This document shows, one piece after another, positions 43,856 through 62,559 of a DNA stretch of 64,000 nucleotides. The position numbers and the translations under genes were made by a program. The stretch lies in assembly GCF_009914755.1 (NCBI RefSeq), contig NC_060940.1; one strand, given 5' to 3'. The stretch is from the human T2T-CHM13v2.0 reference genome, Homo sapiens. Position 1 is the first letter of the stretch. Each line of letters begins with the position of its first letter. The notes below the pieces were generated by a model. That model did not search any database and was not told where the DNA came from. It saw only the letters and a list, made by a program, of their open reading frames with translations.

Positions 43856-44686
43856 GTAAATACAAAATCTATTTTATAGAAGTATAGTATTAGACATTTT
43901 TTTCAAAATATTAAACTTTGGTAAGATCCATGAAATTTAATACTTAACTCTATTTTTCTAAAACTAGCCTCCAATGCCTACTCTGTATTTAAAACTGAGC
44001 ACAGCAGTGATTGATACAGGTCAATGGCTTTGATTAAAGTCTCTGCTTCCTGATTTGGCAAATAAGGAATGTCAAAAAATATACTTGATGCAGAGTATCC
44101 CTCTGAATTATACTTTCCCTTTCTCTACTAAATTGCCTATTGATGTTTGATAATTTCCCCTTAAACATTTTAGGGGGAGATAGGTTCCCATTTATTTCTG
44201 CATATTTTCTGACTGAAATTCACTCCTGCTATCCTTTGACAAAGGCAACACTCAAACTTAGCCATTTCCTGCCTTAAAGGAAAACATGACATTACTTTTG
44301 TATTTCTGTAATTTCCATCCAAATTTAGCTGTAACATATTGACCAAAGAGTAATTCAAATATTTTTTAAGAATTCATTGGATATGTTATATGAAACTGGA
44401 GATTTTATGGGTCTCTTTTCTTCTTCACTTAAAGTAATACTTAAACCATTTTACTGATACTAGTATCAGAGATGTGGCAGAAGATGAAACGTTACTAATT
44501 GGAAATTTTGTTACTTGGTAGTAAGTCTACTAAAATGTATGGTGAGAAAGAAAATCAAAATTTTAGACATTTAATATAACATTTAAAGACATAATATCAA
44601 AAGGTCAAACATATATAATAGATAATGTCAAATCTTGTATTATATATTTAATATAAACTAATTTCTAAATATCTATCTAATTCTAG

Positions 44687-44836
44687 AAAAAACTTACATT
44701 GAAGAGAGGATTCCTTGTTTTGACTACGTGTGTTTCTGCTGTCTTAGGCAGCCAACGTATTGGTTTACATGGATCTGGAGGATTATGCACACTAGTGTTG
44801 AGTTTCATTGCAGGGACAAAATGGTCCCAAGAAAAG
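44687..44836 (+). pseudogene. SLC9B1: SLC9B1-like exon (probable exon 9)
   Basis: tctag|AAA AAA CTT… encodes KKLTLKRGFLVLTTCVSAVLGSQRIGLHGSGGLCTLVLSFIAGTKWSQEK; donor AAG|gtgaat; 150 nt. Confidence 0.93.
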
Positions 44837-45129
44837 GTGAATATTTTTAATATGCTATATTTTAAAAGCTAAGACAACTGAATTTTTTACATATATTTAG
44901 GAAATCCCCTCATTCTGGTTGGAAAATATTCCAAAAGATTTGCTATCCTCAAGAAAGTGTATGAATCAATTGAGGAAATAAAATATTTAGGAAAAGCAGC
45001 TGGATATATACTAATATGGAATCAGAAGTTGCGTTAATCACATCAGGTTTCTCTTTTTCCCAAGTTTTATATAATATTATTATATTACTTATATCAATCT
45101 AATTATTTTATTCATTGAAATTTTAATTA

Positions 45130-45490
<361 letters not shown>

Positions 45491-45679
45491 TAGAAATGCT
45501 TGTAAAAGAATAAAACATATAGAATAAAATGTAAAAGATTTCTTTATTCCCCACCACTGTCAAATATCGAACCCCTTTACATTTTTTTAAGTAACCAGTA
45601 TTCTATTTGTAGACATTAAGATCGTTTCCACTTTTTGTTATTTACAAACAGTGCTGTCATAAACAGTGTTGTTCATGTC

Positions 45680-46115
45680 TTTTTTTTTTTTGAGACACAG
45701 TTTCACTCTTGTCACCCAGGCTGGACTGCAGTAGCATAACCTTGGCTCACTGCAACCTCCACCTCCTGGATTCAAGTGATTCTTCTATTTCAGCCTCCCT
45801 ACTAGCTGGGATTACAGGCACGCACCACCACGCCCAGCAAATTTTTGTATTTTTAGTAGAGACGGGATTTCACCATGTTGGCCAGGCAGGTCTTGAACTC
45901 CTGACCTCAGGTGATACTCCTGCCTCGGCCTCCCAAAGTGTTGGGATTACAGGTACATCTGTAGGAATAGAGTCCTAGAAATGATTTTTTTTTTTGAGAC
46001 AGAGTCTCTATCTATGTTGCCCAGGCTGGTCTCAAAATCCTGAGCTCAAGGAATCCTCCCAACTTGACATTGCAAAGTGCTAGGATTACAAGCATGAGCT
46101 ACCACACCTGGCTGG
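45680..46115 (-). mobile_element. AluS (45680-45955) plus FLAM/Alu left monomer (45985-46115)
   Basis: Alu motifs with two T tracts. Confidence 0.82.
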
Positions 46116-48277
46116 AAATGATCTGTGTTTTATTTTGATGGACACTGCTAAATTATCCCTTCAAAAATTTTGGTTATTTACACTCTGCCAACAGTGCACA
46201 ACAATATCTAATACCTTAACTCATCAACAGCACTTGATATTATCACTAGTTCTATTCTTTTTACTATTAAATGACCTCACCATCCAATTCTTATAGTTTC
46301 TTACAATTATGTGGTGTTGTTATTCTTTATTTACATTTCTCTGATTAGTAGTATAGTAAGCTTCTCTTCATATATTCTTTTTAAAATACCTATGATCTTC
46401 TTTGACCATTTTTATTGGGTTATTTATTTTTTTGTTTCTAATTTATAGTTTCTCTTAGTGTTAGGGCTACTGATCCTTTGTTATGTATATATTGCATATA
46501 TTTTTTGCTTATCTTCAACTTTGTTTATGGTGTCTGGTGTATGAAAGTAAAATTTCCTATGACCAAACCTATTGGGTTTTCCATTTTTGATTTTGGATTC
46601 TGCATCTCATTTAAGAAGGACTTTCTCACTGAAGATTATAACATATAAACATTACAAAGATATACTATTTTGTGTATTATCATTTAATATTTTGGTAGTT
46701 TTTGTTTGATTAATTTGTTCTTTCATTTAGTCTTTTAATCTATCTGGAATTTATCTTTGTGAATTCTGTGAGGTAAGGTTATACATATATACATATGTGT
46801 ATCTTACAAACTATATATATATACACACACACACACATACAGTTTGTAAGTTAACTGAACAGAGATAGAACTACATCATGCCTGATGTGTGTGTGTGTAT
46901 AGATATATATATATATACACACACACACATAAATATACATACATATTCAGACACACATATATACTTGCATGTGATGAATATGTACATACATATATATGCA
47001 CATAATCTAGACAGTCATTTTTTGCCAAATTGTTTATTTATTGACCAATTCATTAATAATTCAGTTTTTTAACATGAACTAAATTCTCCCATATATATTA
47101 ATTCTGAAGTCTATTTAATCCTACTTCTCTATTTCTATGCCAACACCACTGTTTTAAATCACTGCACTTTTATGTGTCAAAATCTAATATAGATTTTACT
47201 TCTTTTTAAAGTATTTTTTGGCTGTTCCTACACATATTCTTTCTTAGATAAATTTTAGAATCAGCTTGAGAAATTCCCTAATCAAAAATCATAGTGGCAT
47301 TTTGCTTAGTATTCTTATATAATCATAATTATAAAAGAAATGAATGAAATGCAAATCAATAAATAAAATTAAAACTGCTAGAATTTTTTTAAATGGTAAA
47401 AGACACAGAACTAAAACAAGTTTTAAAGATTAAAAGTAACAAACAGGATAATTATGCTGTAAAGAGTAGTAACATCGTTTTTCTTTGTTTTTCTTTTTTT
47501 AAACTATAATAAGTGGGGATCAGAAAACACAGTCATAAGGGAAATAGTTATAAAGATAGTTTATGCCTCAAGGAAGAGACATCAAAGTTCTTATGTATCT
47601 TCTGTTTAAAAAAAAAATTAAACCCAGACTGAGACTGAAATCTCTTCATCCAAATTCCTGGAGAAGAGCCAGAGTAATGTAGGCCAATAGGGGGCCTTTC
47701 CTGTAACCTTTTAATTGGGGAAGTAGTACTGGGAGGCATTCGTTTTCAGAAAGGGAAGCCGGATAGGCAGCTAAATGAGAATCTAATATATGTTTTCTTT
47801 TGTTTTGAGGAAAAAGTAACTTTAAAGTATTCAACACGGGTTCTTTGGAAGCAGGCCTAGTAGACTTCCAAATTGTTTTTCCTAGTAGTATATGCTATAT
47901 ATATCAGGATTCACTTTAATGGGATTGAGTTCCAGGATGGTTGTTAGTGGAAGGCTTCCCAACCTCCTTCTGAGATCCCAAATGTTTGCATGAACTGGGT
48001 ATGTTCTCATCAGGCATGAGGTAGTTCTATCTCTGTTCAGTTAACTTAGAGACAAAATCTGGAACTCATACGAAACATGGCTAGAACCCTAAGGACATCA
48101 CTTATTCTGTGACAAAATGGCCAAATAGTATTGTTTTATTGCTTTGTAAGTTTCTTTTAATCAAATTCTACCTAAGTGTTTAAGTAAAACTATTGAAGTG
48201 CTCAGTTTTTATTAATTAAGTTTAACATTTTTATTAAAATAAAGTGTATTAAATTTATTAAATGTTAAGTGACTTTA

Positions 48278-48580
48278 GGCCAGGCATGGTGGCTCATGCC
48301 TATAATGCCAGTGCTTTGGGAGGCCACAGCCAGAGTCCACTTGAAGACAGGAGTTCTAGACCATCCTGGGCAATATAGCGAGACCCCGTCTCTATAAACA
48401 ATTTAAAAATTAGCCCAGCATGGAGGTACACACCTGTAGTTCTACTTGGGAGACTGCGAGAGGATCACTTGAGCCCAGGAGTTCAAGGCTACAGTGAGCT
48501 AAGATTATGCCACTACACTCCAGCCTGGGCAACAGAACAAGACCCCATCTCTAAAATACTTAAAAAGTGAAAAAAAAAAA
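48278..48580 (+). mobile_element. AluJ
   Basis: Diverged dimer. Confidence 0.85.
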
Positions 48581-48655
48581 GGTGAGGGAGAACTTAACTT
48601 TCTGAAATATATTTATGTGCCAAAATAATTATAAATGTATTTCTCTTTTCTATAG

Positions 48656-48764
48656 ATGAAAGTCCAAAAGATTATTACAAATGTATGGGATATTTTTCAA
48701 CCACTTCTTTTTGGTTTAGTTGGAGCAGAAGTATCTGTTTCATCGCTTGAATCAAATATTGTTG
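48656..48764 (+). pseudogene. SLC9B1: SLC9B1-like exon (probable exon 10)
   Basis: tatag|ATG AAA GTC… encodes MKVQKIITNVWDIFQPLLFGLVGAEVSVSSLESNIV; donor G|gtaaga; 109 nt. Confidence 0.93.
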
Positions 48765-49070
48765 GTAAGAATAAATAGAGCACAAAAAATATGAAATTCA
48801 AAAATATTTAAGAAAATTATAAATGCATTTATTTTTATTTACAATATATCTTTGAATGGCTACAAGGACCTTCTTCAGAAACACATGTTGATACAGTGTC
48901 ATATTTTCATATTGCTCTTCCTTTACACTGTGTGCTCTTTCTTTTTTAAACCAGGGACAGCCCTGAATATCTTCCCTGAGTTATCTAAGGAAATAAATAT
49001 AAGATTTCTTTCCTGAGGGAACATATTTGATACGATCAGCACTTTTTGAGTACTTTCATTTAAAACTATT

Positions 49071-49386
<316 letters not shown>

Positions 49387-49653
49387 TCAAAAAAAGTCTA
49401 TTAGTTCAGAATTGTATAAATGTCATCTGTCTTATTTTTCATGGAACCTCCACCATCAGATACTGTCTTGCACTTTACAGAGAATCCTCCATCATATTCA
49501 TTTTTTATTATCATTATTTTATGTAAAAATTAAACACATGAAGAGACAATAGCCTTAAAATGCTTTCGAAAGTTTTAGAAATCATATTCCTGGGCATAAA
49601 GAACACTTCTTCACAAATATTTTGTTATTTATGTTTGTTTTCATCTGTTGTAG

Positions 49654-49791
49654 GCATATCTGTTGCCACTCTTGAGTTTGGCATTATGTGTTCGAATTTT
49701 AACCACATATCTATTGATGTGCTTTGCTGGTTTTAGTTTTAAGGAGAAAATATTTATTGCTTTAGCATGGATGCCCAAAGCTACAGTACAG
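49654..49791 (+). pseudogene. SLC9B1: SLC9B1-like exon (probable exon 11) with 1-nt insertion frameshift
   Basis: tgtag|GC ATA TCT GTT GCC ACT CTT G AGT TTG GCA…; 138 nt where phase needs 137. Shifted frame stops at TAG 49734-49736; the ancestral frame reads SLALCVRILTTYLLMCFAGFSFKEKIFIALAWMPKATVQ; donor CAG|gtaaga. Confidence 0.92.
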
Positions 49792-49945
49792 GTAAGAACA
49801 TATTAAGCCTATTGCTTAATGCTTTTGTTTTGATGCTTTTAAAATTTAAAATGAAAAATGTTACTCCAATCACAAAATATGAGCTATTGTCCTTACTTTT
49901 TAAATGTTTGATTGATCATAACTATTCATTAAAATTAACGTAACC

Positions 49946-50738
<793 letters not shown>

Positions 50739-50943
50739 CAATGTAACCTTTTGAAATCTCAGTTTTAAAAGCAATTATTTTGAAATCAAAAAGTATTCTT
50801 TCAATAAGTACTTCCTAAGTTTATGAAAATATGTTTTTTATTTTCCTAAAATATATAATAAGAATATATCTGAAAATTGGAGTTTTTATATTTTGCTGAA
50901 TATAACAAAGCTAAATGTTATGATTTTAAAAAGTAGAGACACA

Positions 50944-51246
50944 GGCCAGGCATGGTGGCTCATGCCTGTAATCCTAGCACTTCGGGAGGCTGAGGCAGGC
51001 AGATCACTTGAGCTCAGGAGTTCAAGACCAGCCTGGGCAACATGGTAAAACCCCCGTCTCTACAAAAAATACAAAAAAATTAGTCAGGTGTGGTGGCACG
51101 CACCTGTAGTCACAGCTACTTGGGGGCTGAGGAAGGAGGATTGCTTGAACTCAGGAGGTTGAGGCTGCAGTGAGCTGAGGTCACGCCATTTCACTCCAGC
51201 TTGGGTGACAAAGTGAGACCCTGTCACAAAAAAAAGTAAAGTAAAA
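50944..51246 (+). mobile_element. AluJ
   Basis: Dimer; TSD TAGAGACAC. Confidence 0.85.
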
Positions 51247-51719
51247 TAGAGACACATTGATTTTTTTAAAAAATACTTTTCCTACCTTGCCACTCACTCC
51301 ATCACACAAATGCACATATATTTTTTTAATTACACATTTATTTGTATACTATTTGGTTAATGGCTAAATCCCTGCCCCCGCCCCCTTGATAGACTACGTA
51401 AGGACAGGGACAGTGTCTGGTTGTTGCCGTTGTTTTTCATTATTTCTCCCTGGCACTTAACACAGTGCCTGACATGCAGGAGGCAAATACGTATTGCATG
51501 CCTGCAAGGATGAATGAACGGAAAGGGAAACCTTGTAATTTTGCCCTGTTATTCAAGGATATTCTCCTCCTACTAAAATATATTGCTACTTCTTGTTAGA
51601 CTGTTTAACTTGGCAGCATAATATACCTTAATTTCCTGTGACTCTTTTCTTAGTTGTTATTCCAAAACAGAAGCTCCTAAATTTTCATGCAAAAAAACCT
51701 CTATTATCATGTTAGAAAA

Positions 51720-51940
51720 GCAGGTTCATAGGGCCAGACTACCTGTTTTGAATACCATGTTACTTGCCTATAACCTCAGGAAAATTATTTTCTAGTCTCT
51801 CAGTCCTTCAGTGTTCTCATCTTACAATGAAGTCTATGACTGTATCTGTTTCTTAGCAGTGTTGTCAGGATTCAATGAGATAATCCATGTAAAGTGCTTA
51901 GCACTCTCTCTGGCATATGGTGGTGCTCAGTTAAAAAACA
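51720..51940 (+). mobile_element. MIR
   Basis: tctctcagtccttcagtgttctcatcttacaatg…gtcaggattcaatgagataatccatgtaaagtgcttagcac. Confidence 0.7.
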
Positions 51941-53279
51941 ATGCTGTTATTTTATCTTACCTTCAAGAAATATAAATAATAACTTTTTATTTTTAATGTC
52001 TACTCTAGGGAATAATAAATCTGCAAAAGGAGTATCTGTTCTCTCTCCTTCCAACAATACTCTTGCAATTTTGTTTCATTATTTCATAATTTTCATAAAG
52101 CAGGGAAAAAAGAAAAGCTGGTATGAGGAAAGAGACCACTCACTCGAGTCCTGCAGTATTATTCTGCTTCTGCCTATTCCTGTCTGCTGGCTCCAGGCTA
52201 GCTTCTACAAAAAGAATATCAGGCTGGTTCCAGGAACTGGCAAGACATAAAAAATTAATTATTTATACAAGTAGAGTCACAACAGCAATAATAGATAACA
52301 ATAATGTCACAAGTAAATACGATCAACAAATATTTAAATTTCAATTTTAAATTATTTTCACCTTTATCCTCTTCCGCCGTTCTCTGCTGCTAAAATAAAA
52401 TTGGCTAAGGATCATCTTTCTCTTGTTCCTTAGTTTTGAGTTACTGATAAAAATTAGACTGGAAAAATAGAAGCTATTAGGAGAGTAAATAAATAATTTA
52501 ATTTACAAATGTAAGATCAGCTTGGCAATTGGATTTTTTAAAAGAAATAATATTAAATCTCAGTCACTAGGAGGAAATCATTTATCATCTAATAAAAGTC
52601 CTCACATAATAAGGTTGTCATAAGAATTAAATGAATTGATAAATGGAAAGCTTTAAGAATGATACCTGACATATGATGAATGCCATATAACTATAAAAAT
52701 ATTATTTCTAGTTTCACCATTATCGTCATCATCTCTTAAAAGTCAATGGGTTTGGTTTTTGTTTTTGTTTTTTCTGTTGGCAGTTCTTTTATGTTCAAAT
52801 CCTCTTCTAAACTGTAAGATTCTTTCAAGGTGGTTTTCTGCATGATTATTTTTTTCTCCCTAGCATCCTCCAGCATACTGGATCATGTTCAGTACATTGA
52901 AAGTTATGATATAAAAATAATACCATTTTAAATTATTGATTTAGGATATAGAAATTGATCTTAAATTGAGGGGTTCTTTTGCCATAATGTTCCATATCAG
53001 AGGTAATGTTTCTACTATTATGTTGTTACTTTGCAACTCCATCGAAAATATGTTATATATTGGTATTTAATTCCCCCAAATTTTAAGGCAATTTCATGCC
53101 TAGTTATTAAACACAAGGAAAGAGAGTTAGCAAGAAATTTGCTTTATGTTATTAAAAATAATGTGGTAGAAGGTAACTAGGGAAAAAAACCTGTGACCCA
53201 GTAGAGTCATTCTAAAACAAAAACTTCAAAGGAACTCAATCTCTGACCTGGCAGGGGATGAGGAGTGAAGGAGAAAGAA

Positions 53280-53520
53280 ACTTACTACTATCTGAATACC
53301 TACTCTGTGCCAGGTATTCTTCACATCCTAATATTTAATTTTCACAACCGTCCAGTAAGATAAGTATTTTGTTCTTCGTTTTACACGTAAGTAAGTAGAA
53401 GGTTAGAGAGTGTGAGTCATTTGTACAAGGTCACTAGCCTGGTTGAAGCAAAAATAGAATTCAAACCCAGTTTGCTAGATTCCAAGCCTGCTGTCAGTTC
53501 TGCTATAACCCAGTGCCCCC
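53280..53520 (-). mobile_element. MIR
   Basis: tacctactctgtgccagg…ggttagagagtgtgagtcatttgtacaaggtcac…gaattcaaacccag. Confidence 0.65.
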
Positions 53521-53960
53521 TGAATAAGGACAACAATGAGAAGAAGGGCAACAAATCCTAGAGAACCAGAAGAAAACTTAATATTTTATTTTGTCTTCTT
53601 GTAGTCAAAATCCACTGGTACACGATAAAGGCAACTAAGCAAAACCAGTTTCGTTAGAACTCCTGGTGTTATGAGGGCAACACTCAAAAGAGATATTTGA
53701 ATAGAGGAACACTGAGAGGACAAGAGTGCAAAATCAGCCGAAAAATGTTTGCATGCTGATTTGTCACTATTGTACTCTTCCTCCACATATATTTGCTAGG
53801 AAGAACATGGAACTGATGAGTAACTTATGAAAATTACTGAGTACTTTTTTTTTCTAATAGTCTAGTACTAGATTTTGTTTATTTTAACAGAGCCATTTAC
53901 ATTATATATTAACTCAGTTTAATATTTTTCTTTATGCCCCATTTTTACCCCTAAATGTAG

Positions 53961-54176
53961 GCTGTGTTAGGTCCTCTGGCTCTAGAAACAGCAACAGTCT
54001 CCGCACCCCACTTGGAACCATATGCAAAGGATGTGATGACAGTAGCATTTTTAGCCATCTTGATCACAGCTCCAAATGGAGCTCTACTTATGGGCATTCT
54101 GGGGCTTAAAATGCTCACACGCCATTATGATCCAAGCAAAATAATACTGCAATTGCCAGCATTAGAACATCATTAA
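53961..54176 (+). pseudogene. SLC9B1: SLC9B1-like terminal coding exon (probable exon 12)
   Basis: tgtag|GCT GTG TTA… encodes AVLGPLALETATVSAPHLEPYAKDVMTVAFLAILITAPNGALLMGILGLKMLTRHYDPSKIILQLPALEHH*; matches ORF track 53964..54176. Confidence 0.93.
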
Positions 54177-54315
54177 AAAGTTTACCTGTCATCATCTGCC
54201 TACTTCTTTTAATGAATTATTTCACATGACAGAAGAATTTTAAAGTAGAAATATGTAGAAAATCCAGGATTTCGGTACAGGGCTTTTCTTGGACTTTTTA
54301 CTCCAAAGTTAATTT

Positions 54316-54321
54316 AATAAA
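54316..54321 (+). terminator. Candidate polyadenylation signal of the SLC9B1-like unit
   Basis: First AATAAA, 140 nt after the ancestral stop. Confidence 0.6.
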
Positions 54322-55553
54322 AATAATATTAAATGGAATGCTGTCTTGGTATTTACATACTGTAAGAACAAATTAAATCTGTAAATACCCTAGGAAAGTT
54401 TAAAGTAATCCCTCAGGCTGAATTTGATATCATAATGCAAACTGAGCTTAATATAAAATTAAACAAACTTAACGGCAGAAAGAAAAACTGAATGTTGAAC
54501 TTGGTAAGATAGCCTAAGTTTCCAAATAGGAGGAGTAGAACTCCCTATGATATCCAGTAATTCAGTTAAAAAGATCACTACAAAAAGAAAAAAAAGGGAG
54601 TAAAACACATCAACTTTAAATGGGTTAACCGAATAGATTTTAAATTCTGGTTTTGGTGACTACCTGAATAAATAATATGTTAAGTAATAGAACCAAGTTA
54701 GTCTTTCCTTATTTCTGCCATGCCCTTAAAATGAAAGTCTGGTTTAGCGGTTTTTAGTTGAAACACTATCTATATTTTTATTTATAGAAATAAAATTAAA
54801 TCACAAATGGAAGTAAACTATATTTTTTTCAATTAGTATTTTAAAATCTAGACATAAAAGGCAGCCTCCAAAAATGAAAGACTTGGAGACTACTGTCATG
54901 TGGCAGTTTCTTCTCCTTAGTAATATAAAATTACCTTTTAATTCTGGCTGATTAAATCTGCCATGTTAATGTAGAACCCATCACAAGCAAAGTGAGTTTT
55001 AGTTAACTTCAAGACTCTTTATTTTAAAGTTATAAGAGTCATATAAACACTTCTAAAATGGCCTTATTGAATGGCATTTTAGAAATTCTTTAGACTTCTT
55101 TGGCAAAAGCTCAATGCAAGGACTGAATATTACTTTCATTCCTCTTTTTCCTCTTCTCACAAGCAAGATATTAAAATACCACAGAATATGAAATTTACAC
55201 ATACATTTGCCAAGTGAAGCAATTAAAATTTAAGGCAATCAAAACTATGTGTTATCCCTATTAAGACTAAGGGCCTTTACAGAATATATCACCGAAACTG
55301 CCAAAAGTTCTAAAACCGTCTGGGAAACAACTCTTAGAAAATACACTCTGGGAGAATAACTCTGGGAAAAGATAAAATAGCTACTGTTTTAGTGACATTT
55401 TCTCTTTATAGTTTTACAACAAAGTACAGACTCCATTTTCAAATATTGTAATTCTAGTACTCAAATTCTAAAAATTTAAACTGTGCCAGTGTTTTGACTA
55501 CTATTTAAATCATGAGGACATCTCATTGTCACTTATAAAAAAATAAAAATATA

Positions 55554-55908
<355 letters not shown>

Positions 55909-56239
55909 TTAGATTTCAAAGTAGAAAGTTTATTTTAATAAAAGAGAGATAAGAAATAATTTTCAAAATGAGGAATTGTGTTTTTGATTAGGAGGAAAAT
56001 TGTTGTACCTTTTCTTTTTATTCTTTATTTATTGAACTTTCTCTAAGTGTCTGTGATATATGTTTATAATACTGAAATAGTCGCCGTTTTAAGGTAGTGT
56101 GGCAGATGTTGTTATTTATTTGAAATTTTAAGTTTTTTATTTATAAAAAGTTTTTATAAAAATTTATTAATATAATTTAAAAATTACAACCAGTTAACCA
56201 TGTGTATGATATTAGTGTTTATAGTATTTAAACAAATAA

Positions 56240-56575
<336 letters not shown>

Positions 56576-56603
56576 TTATAAACTTTTTTTGTATCTTTGC
56601 CTA

Positions 56604-59745
<3,142 letters not shown>

Positions 59746-60087
59746 ACCCATTAATGTTTAATTGTACCTTCTCTTGTGGCCCCATTTTTTCCCTTTTAAT
59801 TATGTAACATTGGAGCCTACAGAAAGGTAGAAAAAATGGGCACCCACATAACCACCACCTAAATCCCATTAATTGTTAATATTTTGTCAAGTTTTCTTTA
59901 TGTAATTTTTCAATTTGAATTAAAAGTAAATTATAGGCATCATGCTAATTTGCCTCTGTATACTTAAGCCTGCATATTCAAAAACTAAAGCCATTTTCTT
60001 GCATAACCACAATTCCCTTATCCTTTCACACCAAGTTATCAGTAATTCCTTAAAATTATTCAACTCCCAAATATTTTCAAATATAAA

Positions 60088-60640
<553 letters not shown>

Positions 60641-60777
60641 CTTAATTTTTTCCCAATTATAGCAATTTTTAAAAGCCAGGATCCAATCGAGAACTGGACA
60701 CTACATTTTGTTTTTGTCTCTTATTTTGTAATCCAGTAGATTTCTCCATACTTAATCCCTTGCTAAATGGCATAGAC

Positions 60778-61245
<468 letters not shown>

Positions 61246-61639
61246 GTATTGACATTTTAAAGGAACCATGCTAGTTGTCACGTAGAATATCTCACATTCT
61301 GGATTTGTGGGACTGTTCATGGTTTCATTAAGTTTGTTTGTCTATCCCCTCAATTTTCTGAAGTTTGAAGTTAAATTTAAAGACTTGGTTACATTCAGGT
61401 TAAATTTTTTGGCCAGAATCATTCAAAGGTGATGTCGTATACTTCCAATAGTGGCACATTACGAAGTTTATGTCTGGTTGTCCCACTGCCAGTGATGCTA
61501 ATTTTCATTCCTAAATTAAGGTGGTGATTGCCAGATGTCTATATTGTAATGGTATATTTTCCTCTGTAATTAGCCAGTGATCTCTGAGTTTATACCTTGG
61601 TACTACATGAATATTCATTTTTCATCAAATTTCTCAAAA

Positions 61640-62310
61640 TTAGTAGACTTTGTTTTTTAGAGCAATTTTAGGTTTACAGAAACCAATGAGCAGAAAGTAC
61701 ACAGAGTTCCCATGTAACACTACCTTCCTATCCCACTCTCCACCCAATCCCTACCTCTGTACACAATTTACCCTATTATTAACACCATGTATTAATGTGG
61801 TATATTGGTTACAATTGATACATATTGATACATTATTATAACTGAAGTCCATAGTTTACATTAGCATTCACTCTTTGTGTTGTAAAGTTCTGTGAATTTT
61901 GACAACTGTATAATGACAGATATCCACCAGTATCATACAGAATAGTTTCATCACCATAAAAATCCTCTGTGTTCCACCTATGTATCCCTCTCTTACTTTC
62001 CTCAAATTGCTGGAAACCACTGATGTTTCTACATTATAGTATTGCCTTTTCCAGATAGTCATACACTTAGAACCATACAATATATAGCCTTCTCATGCTG
62101 GCTTCTTTTACTTAGCAATATACATTTAAGTCTTCTCCATGTCTTTTCTTAGCTTAATATCTGATTTCTTTTTAGTGCTGTATAATATTCCCTTGTCTGG
62201 AAGTACCACAGTTTGTGTAGCCATTAACTTACTGAAGGATATCTTGGTTGCTTCCAAGTTTTGGCAGTTATGAATACAACTGTTATAAACAGCCATGTGC
62301 AGGTTTTTAA
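61640..62310 (-). mobile_element. L1MC-type 3' end
   Basis: tagagcaattttaggtttacagaa…gcagaaagtacacagagttccc…ggttgcttccaagttttggcagttatgaata. Confidence 0.75.
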
Positions 62311-62559
62311 GGTTTTAACAAACTCTCTCTGGCAGTTTCTGTTTTTCCTCACTTTTCAAGCCCATGGACTATCTCCCAGTGCTGTTCATTTTAATATTCT
62401 GCAGAGTACTTAAGCATTACAGAATATAGAAGCTGGAAGATACTTGGCAGTCATTTAGTCCCTCATGTTCTAGATGAGAAAACTGAAGCCCAGATACCTT
62501 ATTATTTGTGCAGTCCCCCAATCTGAGTGTCAAATCCACCTCTCCCAGTTGTTTTCTGT

